Shown: positions 36,883-47,390, numbered from the stretch's first letter. The stretch: DNA of 64,000 bases from an uncultured Leptospirales bacterium (GCA_964491265.1 CAZBFP010000021.1:406-64405), one strand, 5' to 3'. Notes: generated by a model from the letters alone, not told the origin. Made by a program: numbers and translations.

Positions 36883-39765
36883 ATGACAGAGAACAAAGTA
36901 TCATCAACTCTTTTTTTCAGGCGCATCTCCAATTATAGGGATATAGCACTGCTCATATCATCTATCATCTCTGCTCACATTTTTTTATTCTTACTGCTCC
37001 CGCTGCATCGCCCCATAATTACAATATCAATATGGCTTCTTGCTCTCATCCTTCTTTCCATTAAATCATATTCTATTTTTGCAAAAAGAAGAGGTGTAAT
37101 AAAAAAATCATGGGCCCTGATGCTTATATACACTGCTTTCACAATATCGGGACTAATTATTAAAGTATACTGTTATAATACAATTACCGCATGCTCATTA
37201 GTAAAATTATTACCCTTCCTCTTTTTTTCCGCAAATATTTCAATAGCTGCTGTACTGCTCCATATGGGGGGAGAGGGGAAAACTCCATATGATGCAAGAA
37301 GGCAGTCATACCTTATAGGGATTATACTGATAACACTTATTATTCTTTCATATATTTTAAATATACATGGATACGCGGTTAATACAGACAGACTTCACAT
37401 AGCCCGCTCGCTTATGTTCTCCTATTCAGGAATTTTTGTTATAACAATCGGCCTCTCTATTTACTGGATTAATATCTGGAGAAAAGAGCCGGCCCGCAAA
37501 ATTATTTTCCTTTTAATACTTTCAGGAGTTACTCTTTCTTTTTTTGTAAGCCTGTTCTATTACACACCCAGACTCCTTGCAGGGTCAGCTCCTGAAGGGG
37601 GATTTCCAGATATACTTTTAACCGTATCAATCTGCATGTTGATCACTGCTGCATGGCTCGAAACATCTGATATTCCCGGTAAAAAGATAAAGCAAAGTGA
37701 TGCATTTAATATTCTCTATGTTTCCAGGGTTGAACGTATAATCCCGGCTCTCTGCATACTTCTAATAACTTTTTCAATTTTTTACAAAAGGAACACCCTG
37801 GAAAATGACGTAATATTAATCCTCACAATTCTCCTTATACCATTTGCTATTTTTCTCGGATTATTCGAATGGTCCAGCTACAGATCTGAATCGTGGTTTC
37901 TTTTTATGCTCTCCAACAGCCCCATGGGTGTACAGATCACCGATATCAAAATGGAGAAGAACCTCTTTCTTAACCGGAGCTTCTGCAGAATTTTCGGTAC
38001 CGGGGAGATTACTCCCGACATAATACTTTCCGGGTCATCATCTGACAGTATAAAAAAAATAATGAAAGCCGTAAAAAACGGGGAAAGCCTGGAAGATGAG
38101 GAGATGGAAATCATACGCCCTGACGGATCAATGTTCCATGCCAGAGTAAGGATTACACCTGCAAAATACTATTCCCGGCGTATTTTAATTTTCTGGCTCC
38201 AGGATATAACTGAAGAGAAAAAATATGAGGAGATGATCCTGAGAGAACGGGATACAGCTGAAACATCTAACAGGTACAGGGGAACCCTCCTGGAAAATAT
38301 AAGCGCCAAGATGATGTCAGGCTATATTGTAGGTGAGATAGATAACCGGCAGGAAAATATTGATTTCATTATAACAGATATGAACAGGCAGGCCATGAAT
38401 ATACTGGCTGGAGGGAATGACCTGACCGGCATGTCATTCAGTGGAATCTTCCCGTCACCCTCACCACATCTGATTAATCCTGTAGTTAGGGTCTGGGAAA
38501 CCGGGATATCAGAGAGGATTGAAATTTACTCCAGAAGGCTGGATAAATATCTTCTCATTGTTCTGTTCACTACTGACCATAATGAAATAGCATGTTTAAT
38601 TAATGACATAACCGGCAATAGAAAAATTGAAAAGGAACTGGCAGAGAAAGAGAGAGAGATCCGGAATCTTCTGTCAAACCTCCCTGGCATGGCTTACCGG
38701 TGCCTCAATGATAAAAACTGGACAATGAATTTTGTAAGCCGGGGGAGCATTGAGCTTTCAGGGTACACCCCTGAGGAGATCACCAGTGGGAAAATAAAGT
38801 GGGATGATGTTATTCACATTGATGACAGAGCTAATGTGTGGCTCAATGTTCAGCGGGCAATTGAACAGAAAGATTCATTTCATGTTGAATTCAGGATTAT
38901 CACAAAAAAAGGGGATCTAAAACATGTCTGGGAAAAGGGGAGCGGAATTTATGATGATTCCGGAGAACTCCTTTTTCTTGAGGGTTTTATACTTGATGTA
39001 ACAAAACAGGTCGAAGCCGAAGCAGCGCTGCGTCAAAGCGAAGAGAAGCTGAGACAGACAGAAAAACTGAATGCCATAGCACAAATGGCAGGGGGGATTG
39101 CCCACGATCTCAACAACAACCTCATGGCTATACAATCCCTTTCATCTCTAATTGAAATTAAATCCGCAGACAAGGGACTTAAAAAATATACTGACAGCAT
39201 AAATGACGTTATAGGTAAAGCATCAATTCTAATAGAGAAGATGGAAACTTTTGCAAAGAAGAAAGACCTCTCTTCAGAGATAATTTCAATCAATAAAATG
39301 CTTACTGATGTTATATCCCTGTTAAAACTGACTTTTCCTGATAACATCAATGTTCACTTCTCCTTTGATGCAGTCAAAGATAAGTGCAGAGGGGACCACA
39401 CACAGATTGACAATGCCCTTTTATATATATGTATGAATGCGAAAGAAGCTATGCACCAGGGAGGGACTCTTTCGATTATAACTGAAAATATCCACCTCAA
39501 TGAAGACTTTTTCCCGCAAGGGGAGAATGATTATAAACCGGGAGAGTACATCCGTATAAAGATTAGTGATACCGGTTACGGAATAGAGAAACAGGATATG
39601 AACCGTTTATTCGAGCCTTTTTTCACAACCAAACCTGTAGGGAAAGGAACCGGGTTAAGCCTTTCTGCAGTATTCGGGACAATTCAGTCCCACAGAGGAA
39701 TTATTACTGTAGAGAGTGAAGCAGGGAAAGGGACTTCATTTATAATTTTTCTGCCTATTGCATAG
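36883..39765 (+). CDS. Multi-TM PAS-domain sensor histidine kinase
   Basis: An N-terminal membrane region of about 330 aa, PAS-like segments, H-box GGIAHDLNNNL, and the ATPase G-box segment SDTGYGI...GKGTGLSLS. Confidence 0.85.
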   Translation: MTENKVSSTLFFRRISNYRDIALLISSIISAHIFLFLLLPLHRPIITISIWLLALILLSIKSYSIFAKRRGVIKKSWALMLIYTAFTISGLIIKVYCYNTITACSLVKLLPFLFFSANISIAAVLLHMGGEGKTPYDARRQSYLIGIILITLIILSYILNIHGYAVNTDRLHIARSLMFSYSGIFVITIGLSIYWINIWRKEPARKIIFLLILSGVTLSFFVSLFYYTPRLLAGSAPEGGFPDILLTVSICMLITAAWLETSDIPGKKIKQSDAFNILYVSRVERIIPALCILLITFSIFYKRNTLENDVILILTILLIPFAIFLGLFEWSSYRSESWFLFMLSNSPMGVQITDIKMEKNLFLNRSFCRIFGTGEITPDIILSGSSSDSIKKIMKAVKNGESLEDEEMEIIRPDGSMFHARVRITPAKYYSRRILIFWLQDITEEKKYEEMILRERDTAETSNRYRGTLLENISAKMMSGYIVGEIDNRQENIDFIITDMNRQAMNILAGGNDLTGMSFSGIFPSPSPHLINPVVRVWETGISERIEIYSRRLDKYLLIVLFTTDHNEIACLINDITGNRKIEKELAEKEREIRNLLSNLPGMAYRCLNDKNWTMNFVSRGSIELSGYTPEEITSGKIKWDDVIHIDDRANVWLNVQRAIEQKDSFHVEFRIITKKGDLKHVWEKGSGIYDDSGELLFLEGFILDVTKQVEAEAALRQSEEKLRQTEKLNAIAQMAGGIAHDLNNNLMAIQSLSSLIEIKSADKGLKKYTDSINDVIGKASILIEKMETFAKKKDLSSEIISINKMLTDVISLLKLTFPDNINVHFSFDAVKDKCRGDHTQIDNALLYICMNAKEAMHQGGTLSIITENIHLNEDFFPQGENDYKPGEYIRIKISDTGYGIEKQDMNRLFEPFFTTKPVGKGTGLSLSAVFGTIQSHRGIITVESEAGKGTSFIIFLPIA

Positions 39766-39785
39766 AATCATAAAATCATAGGAGA

Positions 39786-40286
39786 CTACTTTTTACCCGT
39801 ATATCTGAAGGTTGCAGCAATTGAATCTATATCCCTTGTAAAAGAGTAAAGATCTGCAGGGAGAGCTGTGCTGTATCTGAGAAGGTAGACATATTCTTCG
39901 CTGCGGTATATTACTTTATCATTTTTGTCATAGAAGAGCGGATTATCCCTGTAGGTATTGTAGTACCCCTCCCATAGGGGGAGCTTAAATATGCGTATTA
40001 TAAAAATCTCAGCAAAATTATCAGGCACATTAAAGGGCTGCCAGTTTCTTGACCTTGCAGGCATTGCAAAATATAAAGAATCAACACTGTACCCTGGAGC
40101 TATAATATCCGCTTTCTCAAATACAACATAATTTCTCCAGCTTTCAGGGAATGTTACGGCAAAACTGTACCTGGCATTGTTATAATTCAGCTTACCCGCT
40201 TCATCGGTTTTATCCCCCCCTGCACATGATAAAAGAAAAAGCAGGGGTACAGATGCTGTCAGCATAATTATATATTTCAATTTCAT
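39786..40286 (-). CDS. Hypothetical lipoprotein
   Basis: MKLKYIIMLTASVPLLFLLSCAG signal plus lipobox. The listed upstream start (40346) lies inside repeat R2, so ATG 40286 is preferred. Confidence 0.5.
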   Translation of the reverse strand: MKLKYIIMLTASVPLLFLLSCAGGDKTDEAGKLNYNNARYSFAVTFPESWRNYVVFEKADIIAPGYSVDSLYFAMPARSRNWQPFNVPDNFAEIFIIRIFKLPLWEGYYNTYRDNPLFYDKNDKVIYRSEEYVYLLRYSTALPADLYSFTRDIDSIAATFRYTGKK

Positions 40287-40340
40287 ATTCCCAGTAATAA
40301 ATATATCTTCAATAGTTGCAATAAAAATATTTGCAGGTGA

Positions 40341-40427
40341 TGTCATTCCCGCGAAGGCGGGAATCTCATAACTCCTGATTTTAAGGGGTGATTCCGGAAG
40401 TGCGCTGTCACTTCGGCCGGAATGACA
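40341..40427 (+). repeat. R2 MITE-like element, copy 1 (87 bp), core ATTCCC-N8-GGGAAT
   Basis: TGTCATTCCCGCGAAGGCGGGAATCTCATAACTCCTGATTTT...CTTCGGCCGGAATGACA, with termini that are inverted repeats. Confidence 0.7.
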
Positions 40428-40469
40428 GGTTTTTCCAACAAAATTCTACTACTGCCTCATGTCCATAAA

Positions 40470-42287
40470 TCAGGCGGGAAAAATCCTCATCATACATTCT
40501 TTACATGCAAATTCGAGCCTGAACCTGTCCCTGCCGTTTGTCAGATAAACCGGCTCTCTCCATCTCTTCGCAGGGGACTGAAATTTTTCACATGCGCCAA
40601 GCTCATATTTAATACACATTTTTGTTATCATCACCTGACGGGAAGATTCCCCCCTTAAAATTTCAAAACCGCTTTCTATTTTTTCCACTCCGTGGAATTT
40701 GTAGAATTTCTTTGCCAGCCGGTTTGTCACATTCCATCTGTAATTTATCTCTTTAAAGGGATATTCCGCCCGGTTCCGGCTGATTCTGCCCGGCGGCGCA
40801 GCATGTCTTTTAATTCTTTCAGCAGAGAGCATTTCTACAGCTGATCGTCTTAATTCATTGATCACCCTGGCCTGGATAAAACAATTTCCGCCGCTTTTGA
40901 TATTAATCCCTGAAGCCTCAAAGATAGTCCCCCCCATTTTACTCAGCTGTTTTATAATAGCAGCCTCCCCGTCTCCGGACCTGGCAATTTCTTTTGCAGA
41001 TTCAATTTCAGCCTTTACCGAAATTCCGTCTTCATCCTTTAGAGTAAGCCCGAAGCCGGTTTCAGTTTCATAAAAATCTGTTTCAACCTTAATTTTTCTC
41101 TCTGTACGGCTTGTATCGAGAATCTTCTCAAATACCGCGTCATGATTGCGGAACAGAAGAGCCCCTTTAAAAATACCATTCATTGAAAGGGGGAATATTT
41201 TTTTACCCTCAACCCTGTTGACCCTGATTCCGGTAATATTTTTTTTCGAGTCATAGAAAAAGAGACCGTCACCATTACTTATCTTCTCATCTGTTGAGAG
41301 TGTAAAAAAAGAATTCCCGGCTTCTTCAACAGTCCCCATTCTCTTCCCCGCCGACTTAGGTGAATCAAAAGCCCCCACAGGCCCGGTTCTCCCTTTTATA
41401 AAATAATCTGTATATCCCCGATTAAATGTCCTCTCCGGATCAGGCTTGAAGTCAAAATATACTTTTCCTGAAGATGCTTTCCCCAGGTCTTCTCTCCCCT
41501 CCAGGATGGAATCGAGTTTACTTCTGTAAAGGGCTACAATATTTTTAACATAATTTATATCTTTAAGACGCCCCTCAATTTTCAGAGAATCGGCACCTCC
41601 ATCTATAAGCTCTTTAATTGAATCATAAAGGCTCATATCTTTAATTGAAAGAAGATGCTTCCCCCGTGCAATCACCTGACCGGATGAGTCAGTAAGATCA
41701 TAGACATTTCTGCAGGGCTGTGCACAATCCCCCCTGTTGCCGCTGCGCCCGCCAATTGAAGCGCTCATATAACACTGTCCGCTTAAGCTTACACAGAGCG
41801 CTCCATGAACAAAAAATTCCAGTTCACACTTAACAGCACCCCTGATTTTTTTTATTTCCGGCAGAGAGAGTTCCCTGGCCAGCACCACCCTCTTAACCCC
41901 CACCCTGTCGAGAAATTTAATCCGCTCTATATCGAAATTATTCATCTGAGTGCTTGCGTGAATTGCCACAGGGGGGAGATCCATTTCCATAATCCCCATA
42001 TCCTGAATTATTACTGCATCAATACCTGAATCATACAGCTCCCTGATTAGAGACTCTGCTTCCTCAAGCTCATCATCAAAGAGAATAGTATTTACAGCAG
42101 CATAAACCCGTGCGTGATACCTGTGGGCATAATCAGCCAGTGCCGCAATATCTGCAGCACTGTTCCCCGCAGCTCCCCTGGCACCGAATTTTTCAGCCCC
42201 TATATATACAGCATCCGCGCCGTAATTTACAGCAGCAATACCTGTTTCCATATTTTTCGCAGGAGCCAGAAGCTCAATTTTTCTCAT
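40470..42287 (-). CDS. Peptidase U32 family protein
   Basis: MRKIELLAPAKN...GADAVYIG...FVHGALC... U32 pattern. The start was moved to ATG 42287. Confidence 0.85.
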   Translation of the reverse strand: MRKIELLAPAKNMETGIAAVNYGADAVYIGAEKFGARGAAGNSAADIAALADYAHRYHARVYAAVNTILFDDELEEAESLIRELYDSGIDAVIIQDMGIMEMDLPPVAIHASTQMNNFDIERIKFLDRVGVKRVVLARELSLPEIKKIRGAVKCELEFFVHGALCVSLSGQCYMSASIGGRSGNRGDCAQPCRNVYDLTDSSGQVIARGKHLLSIKDMSLYDSIKELIDGGADSLKIEGRLKDINYVKNIVALYRSKLDSILEGREDLGKASSGKVYFDFKPDPERTFNRGYTDYFIKGRTGPVGAFDSPKSAGKRMGTVEEAGNSFFTLSTDEKISNGDGLFFYDSKKNITGIRVNRVEGKKIFPLSMNGIFKGALLFRNHDAVFEKILDTSRTERKIKVETDFYETETGFGLTLKDEDGISVKAEIESAKEIARSGDGEAAIIKQLSKMGGTIFEASGINIKSGGNCFIQARVINELRRSAVEMLSAERIKRHAAPPGRISRNRAEYPFKEINYRWNVTNRLAKKFYKFHGVEKIESGFEILRGESSRQVMITKMCIKYELGACEKFQSPAKRWREPVYLTNGRDRFRLEFACKECMMRIFPA

Positions 42288-42408
42288 ATCCTGACCTTTA
42301 TAAAAGGGAGAGTCCTGATACAACTGCTTCCCCTGTTATTAAAAATGCCTCCCCGGTTTTTAACCCGCGAAGGCATCTTAAATAATAAATTATCATTAAA
42401 CCAAAGAT

Positions 42409-43173
42409 CTATTCCCCTATAAAAACAGGGGGCCTCTTCTGCATAAATGCGGTTATCCCCTCAGCTGTATCCTTAGTAGCAAAAAGAGCAGCAAGAGATT
42501 CCCTTTCAATCTTCAGATATTCATCTGTAGAGAGACACTGCCTTGAAGCGAATATTTTAAGAATTGCCTTTACTGCAAGGGGCGGCCTTGCTGCAAGTTT
42601 TTCCGCCAATGCAAGGGCATCTGCCAATACATCACCTTCACTTAACATGTTAACAAGGCCCAGCTCAAGTGCTGAAGCAGCTTCAATCTCTTTTCCAAGG
42701 AGTATGTACTCAAGAGCCTTAGCATGCCCTATCAGTCTTGGGAGCCTCATAGTTCCCCCATATCCCGGCATAATCCCAAGATTGGTTTCAGTAAGTCCAA
42801 TTCTTGCCCCGCTTTTCATAATTCTCATGTGACAGGTCATTGCCAGCTCACATCCCCCGCCAAAAGCGTGACCGTTCATTGCAGCAACAACAGGTTTAGA
42901 AAAACCTTCAATCCTGTTGTAAAGCTCCTGCCATTTCCTTAAAAACTCAACAGCCTCATCCCCGCCGAAACCTCCAGCCAGGTCAGCCCCTGAACAGAAA
43001 ATTTTCTCACCGGAACCGGTAATAATTACCACCCTGATTTCACTGTCATTTTCGCACTGATCCAGTGAAGAGATAAAACCGTCCCTCACCTCAAGGCTCA
43101 GCTGATTAGCCTTAGGCCTGTTGATTGTGATAATCCCTGCTGCACCTTTTTTTTCAAATAATACTGCGCTCAT
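42409..43173 (-). CDS. Enoyl-CoA hydratase/isomerase (crotonase) family
   Basis: ITINRPKANQL, FCSGADL, GHAFGGGCELAM. Confidence 0.9.
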   Translation of the reverse strand: MSAVLFEKKGAAGIITINRPKANQLSLEVRDGFISSLDQCENDSEIRVVIITGSGEKIFCSGADLAGGFGGDEAVEFLRKWQELYNRIEGFSKPVVAAMNGHAFGGGCELAMTCHMRIMKSGARIGLTETNLGIMPGYGGTMRLPRLIGHAKALEYILLGKEIEAASALELGLVNMLSEGDVLADALALAEKLAARPPLAVKAILKIFASRQCLSTDEYLKIERESLAALFATKDTAEGITAFMQKRPPVFIGE

Positions 43174-43251
43174 AAGTCCCCCTTATATTATAATTTTTTA
43201 CATTCCTGATTTTTGAGATGAAAGCTATATTCTTCACCCCCTGTCCCCTGA

Positions 43252-43473
43252 AATGGCTCGTGCCGTTAAGCTAAGCCCCCTGAATCTACCCCGGGAGTAC
43301 TTCTTCGCCTTGCTTACTTCGACGAGCTCAGTACAAGCAGAGGGCGCCCCGGAGGGGGACTTGTACAACACTTTTAACAAATGAAAATTCCAATATCAAA
43401 GCCTTTAAGCCCCCCTCCGGGGGGTTTGGGGGGCAGTAGCGAAACTGTGAAGCTCTTTGAACTTAATGCCATT
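43252..43473 (-). repeat. R1 MITE-like element, copy 2 (222 bp, inverted relative to copy 1, with an internal insertion of about 60 bp)
   Basis: The reverse complement aligns base-for-base over most of copy 1 (...GAGCTTCACAGTTTCGC.ACTGCCCCC.AAACCCCCCGGAGGG...). It is flanked by TGTCCCC(T)GAAA on both sides. Confidence 0.65.
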
Positions 43474-43499
43474 GTCCCCGAAAATCGGGCAAACCAGAC

Positions 43500-45311
43500 T
43501 TACAGCTTTGAATAAACATCTTCAAACTGTATTACCAGTTCTTCAAAATGTTTTATTCCCCTTTCAACAGGCTCAGGGGAACTCATATCCACACCTGCAG
43601 CAAGAAGCTCATCAAGTGGATATTTACTCCCTCCAAGCTTAAGAAAGTTCAGATAAGCATCCCTTGCCGGATCCCCCTCAGTTATAACCTTATGAGCAAG
43701 GGCAATTGCAGCGGAAATCCCTGTTGCATATTTATAAACATAAAATGCAGAATAAAAATGGGGAATCCTTAAACACTCTAGAGAAAGCTCTTCATCAATT
43801 ACAATTGAATCACCGAAATATGTGTCAAGGAGACTGTAATATTCCATTCTCAGAACCTCAAGTGTGAGCGGGTCATTACGCTCCACAATTTCGTGAGTCC
43901 TCTTTTCAAACTCCGCAAACATGGTCTGCCTGTACATTGTTGCCCTTATATTATCTATCTCCCTGTTGAGAATATAAGCCTTCATACGGGGATTATCCTT
44001 ATAAAGTTCCAGGAGATATTTGCTTAAAAGTGTTTCATTAAAAGTGGAAGCCACCTCTGCTACAAATATTGTGTAATCACTCATAATATAGGGCTGACTG
44101 GTTTTGGCAAAATATGAATGCATGGAGTGACCCGCCTCATGCATAAGAGTATAAAGACTGTTTATATTCTTCTCTTCATAGTTCAAAAGAATATAGGGCG
44201 GAGAATCATAGCAGCCGGAGGAATAGGCGCCGCTCCTTTTCCCCCTGTTTTCATACCTGTCCACCCATCCGCCCATGAGACCTTTTTTCATTATTTCCAG
44301 GTACTCAGCCCCCATAGGCTCAAGTGCTTTAACACATGTTTCAACAGCCTCTTCATATTTCATGGAGAAATTTACATCACCTACAATGGGAACATAGGTA
44401 TCATAAAAATGAAGCTCATCCAGGCCCAAAGCTTTTTTTCTGAAAGCCAGGTACCTGAAAAGGGGGCCTGTATTTTTACGGATTGTATCAACCAGGTTGT
44501 CATAAACAGATGGAGGCATATTATCAGAAAAAAGAGAAGCCTCTCTGCTTGAATTAAAATTTCTCACCCTGGAATAAAATACATCCTTTTTATTTGAATG
44601 AGATAGGGTCTCGGCAATAGTATTTTTTAATTTTTCATAAGACTGGTAATACTGATGAAAAGCATTTTTCCGCACCTCCCTGTCAGGGCTTATAAGGAAT
44701 GTGCTGAAATTGCCGTGGCTCAGTTCAAGCTCCTTACCTTCATGGTCTTTAATTTTTCCGAATTTCATATCAGCATTATCAAGCTGGCTGAAAATCTGTG
44801 AAGGGGCATGACCGATCTCGCCCGACATGGCCAGTATCTGTTCAATTTCATGGGTACGGGTATGAGGCTTATACCTTATAATTTTTTCAATATAGAACCT
44901 GTAATCTTTCATAGACTCATGATCAATGTAGCCTTTAACCAGAGCATCATCGAGCTGCTGTATTTCCGGGGTAATAAAACTCGATGCTTCAGAAATTCTT
45001 GTGTATAAATTGACCACTTTCTGATACATGCCGAGATAAAACTGATTCGACTTATCCTCATCACTCTTAAGATGAGCGTAAGTGTAAAGCTTCTCAAGCT
45101 CTCTGGATATTGAAATATCGAATTCCAATGTTTCCCGGAACAGGCCCAGTGACTCCCCCATCCTTCCGGCAAATCTGCTGTACCCTTCAATTTTACCTTC
45201 AATTCCTCTATAAAGAATATTCCATTCATCATCACTTTTGAACATGGGGGATAGATCCCACTTATCTTCCGATTTAACATCCTTTCTCTCAGGAATGTTC
45301 ACTGACGTCAT
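43500..45311 (-). CDS. pepF: Oligoendopeptidase F (M3B)
   Basis: HEAGHSMH zinc motif. The start was moved to ATG 45311, preceded by AAGGAG. Confidence 0.9.
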   Translation of the reverse strand: MTSVNIPERKDVKSEDKWDLSPMFKSDDEWNILYRGIEGKIEGYSRFAGRMGESLGLFRETLEFDISISRELEKLYTYAHLKSDEDKSNQFYLGMYQKVVNLYTRISEASSFITPEIQQLDDALVKGYIDHESMKDYRFYIEKIIRYKPHTRTHEIEQILAMSGEIGHAPSQIFSQLDNADMKFGKIKDHEGKELELSHGNFSTFLISPDREVRKNAFHQYYQSYEKLKNTIAETLSHSNKKDVFYSRVRNFNSSREASLFSDNMPPSVYDNLVDTIRKNTGPLFRYLAFRKKALGLDELHFYDTYVPIVGDVNFSMKYEEAVETCVKALEPMGAEYLEIMKKGLMGGWVDRYENRGKRSGAYSSGCYDSPPYILLNYEEKNINSLYTLMHEAGHSMHSYFAKTSQPYIMSDYTIFVAEVASTFNETLLSKYLLELYKDNPRMKAYILNREIDNIRATMYRQTMFAEFEKRTHEIVERNDPLTLEVLRMEYYSLLDTYFGDSIVIDEELSLECLRIPHFYSAFYVYKYATGISAAIALAHKVITEGDPARDAYLNFLKLGGSKYPLDELLAAGVDMSSPEPVERGIKHFEELVIQFEDVYSKL

Positions 45312-45410
45312 TTTAATCTCCTTATACTGATAGTAATCACAATTGTTTTTCAATAATTATTCCGAATGAGACATTTTATTGCAATAATGATGTTTTAATA
45401 ACATTATATT

Positions 45411-46394
45411 TTAAATAAATAAATTTATTTTCTCCAGATCCTCACTTTTCCCCAGCATTACAATAACATCATTTGCCTCCAGCTTTTCAACGGGAAGAGG
45501 ATTGAAAATCATTTCACCATTAAACTTTTTTATCAAAACAATAATTACACCATAATCCTTTCTTAAATTGCTTTCAATCAGGTTTTTACCAAGCAGCGTT
45601 GATGAAGTACTTACTACAGCCTCTTCCATGCGCAGGCCGAACTTATCATCAAGTGTTGCAATATCAATAAAATCCACTACAGTAGGCTTAAGAAGCAGTT
45701 GTGCCATTCTTTGCCCTCCGATTAAATAAGGAGACACAACCCTGGTAGCTCCAGCGCTCAAGAGCTTTTTCTCATTTTTTACATCAGATGACCGGGCAAG
45801 AATAAAAATATCCGGCTTAATCATTTTTGCAGTAAGAGTAATAAATACATTATCAGCATCAGTAGATACAGCTGTTACAATCCCCTTTGATCGCATAATT
45901 CCTGCTTTAAGGAGAGTATTCTCATCCCGTGCATCAAGCATAAGATAGGGGATATGGCTGCTTTCAAGCTCAGCAATATTTAAAGAATCATTCTCGATAA
46001 CAATACACTTCTCTTTATTCCTTATTAATTCATTTATAATAAGCTTACCGATCCTTCCATAACCGCATACTATATAATGATTCTTCAAACCAATAATAGC
46101 TTTTCTCACCTTTTTTCTCCCGAAAGTTTTACTGATTTCACCCTCAATAAGCATTCTTATAAAATTACCTAAAGTATAACCGGCAATAGTTATTCCAAAA
46201 ATAATAATAGATATGGTGATAATGCGTCCGGCAGTAGACAGCGGCTGCACTTCACCAAAACCGACAGTACTCATGGTAATTGCTGTCATAAATACTGCAT
46301 CAGAAATTGTCATACCCTCTATATAATAATAGGCAAGTATGCCGAACAAAACAGTTAAGAACAGCATAAAGAAAGATAATCTCAGTTTTTTCAT
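45411..46394 (-). CDS. Potassium channel with RCK/TrkA domains
   Basis: Selectivity filter TVGFGE, Rossmann IVCGYGRIGK, C-terminal TrkA-C. Confidence 0.85.
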   Translation of the reverse strand: MKKLRLSFFMLFLTVLFGILAYYYIEGMTISDAVFMTAITMSTVGFGEVQPLSTAGRIITISIIIFGITIAGYTLGNFIRMLIEGEISKTFGRKKVRKAIIGLKNHYIVCGYGRIGKLIINELIRNKEKCIVIENDSLNIAELESSHIPYLMLDARDENTLLKAGIMRSKGIVTAVSTDADNVFITLTAKMIKPDIFILARSSDVKNEKKLLSAGATRVVSPYLIGGQRMAQLLLKPTVVDFIDIATLDDKFGLRMEEAVVSTSSTLLGKNLIESNLRKDYGVIIVLIKKFNGEMIFNPLPVEKLEANDVIVMLGKSEDLEKINLFI

Positions 46395-46424
46395 TTTTTA
46401 CCCGGAATAGAATATCAATTAGAA

Positions 46425-46904
46425 CTAATCGCTGATTGTCTCACCTCTGGAGGTGAACGAGATTCCCTGCTGAGCCCTTGTAGCTATCATGATAGTTTCG
46501 ATCAGGGGCCTGCTAACCTGGCCGTCACCGGACCATTTCACAATAAAATTTGCGCCAATCCCCCCCCTTTTATCCGACTCCTTAATCCCCAGATTATAAG
46601 TTTCAAGAGGTTTCAGTATAATTGTATTGTTTTTCAGATATCTGAAAATTATTTTACCTTTTGTATTATAATAATCAATAGTATTAATAATTATAGAATT
46701 ATTCAAATCAGTATTATGAATACTCAAGGTAATTGCCAGATTAAACTCCCTGGACAAATCACCATATAATATGGATGAATAGGCAGGAACAAAAACAGTT
46801 CCCTTCTCTGCCTTCCCGACCGCCTGAGAAAAAGCTCTGTGATTATCAAAAAAGATTATACTGCTGAAAATCAGAAAAAATAAAAATAATTTCTTCAATT
46901 CCAT
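46425..46904 (-). CDS. DUF3124-like secreted protein
   Basis: Signal peptide. VFVPAYSSI, LSIHNTD, GGIGANFIV and QGISFTSRG match my recollection of DUF3124. Confidence 0.55.
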   Translation of the reverse strand: MELKKLFLFFLIFSSIIFFDNHRAFSQAVGKAEKGTVFVPAYSSILYGDLSREFNLAITLSIHNTDLNNSIIINTIDYYNTKGKIIFRYLKNNTIILKPLETYNLGIKESDKRGGIGANFIVKWSGDGQVSRPLIETIMIATRAQQGISFTSRGETISD

Positions 46905-46970
46905 CTCATTAACCTCATCTTCCCGGATTATATTCTCTTAAAAATTATCTGCAATAAAAAAATCATTCCG

Positions 46971-47228
46971 TCAATCAGATCCAAGTTTTCGGCTGCTCCT
47001 TATCCGGTTGAGATACCCGTAAATGTATATCTTAAGCATAATTGCAGGATTATACGGCGGTCTACCTTTGCCTCCATCTGTTCCCGGATTTTTAAAACCC
47101 AGTTTCAATAAATTCAGCGTGTCAACATAGACATCAATAAATCTCACCGGATTATCTTCTTAAATCATGTCATCCAGCTTATTCTCAAAAAGATATAACT
47201 GTTCACGGCTTATTCCATTTATATACAT
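46971..47228 (-). mobile_element. Remnant of an IS1182/IS5-like transposase gene (N-terminal ~80 codons, in-frame stop)
   Basis: MYINGISREQLYLFENKLDDMI-stop-EDNPVRFIDVYVDTLNLLKLGF...GRPPYNPAIMLKIYIYGYLNRIRSSRKLGSD-stop. The GRP.Y.P...LK.YIYGYLNRIRSSRKL block is the conserved N-terminal domain of these transposases. Confidence 0.6.
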
Positions 47229-47320
47229 AACCAATTCCTTGCTTGACATTGATTACATTTTAATTACTATTACTATGCAATTAATAAAATTACCCACAGC
47301 CCCTATTTTCACACAGTCTG

Positions 47321-47390
47321 TTCGGCGGCGGGGATATTGAAAGCAGCATAATTACACTAAAAAATATCTTTAGAAATAATTACTGAATTT
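47321..47390 (-). repeat. R3 repeat, copy C, truncated exactly after the left hairpin arm
   Basis: The reverse complement reads TTCAGTAATTATTTCTAAAGATATTTTTTAGTGTAATTATGCTGCTTTCAATATCCCCGCCGCC, then diverges into the IS remnant leader. Confidence 0.6.
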
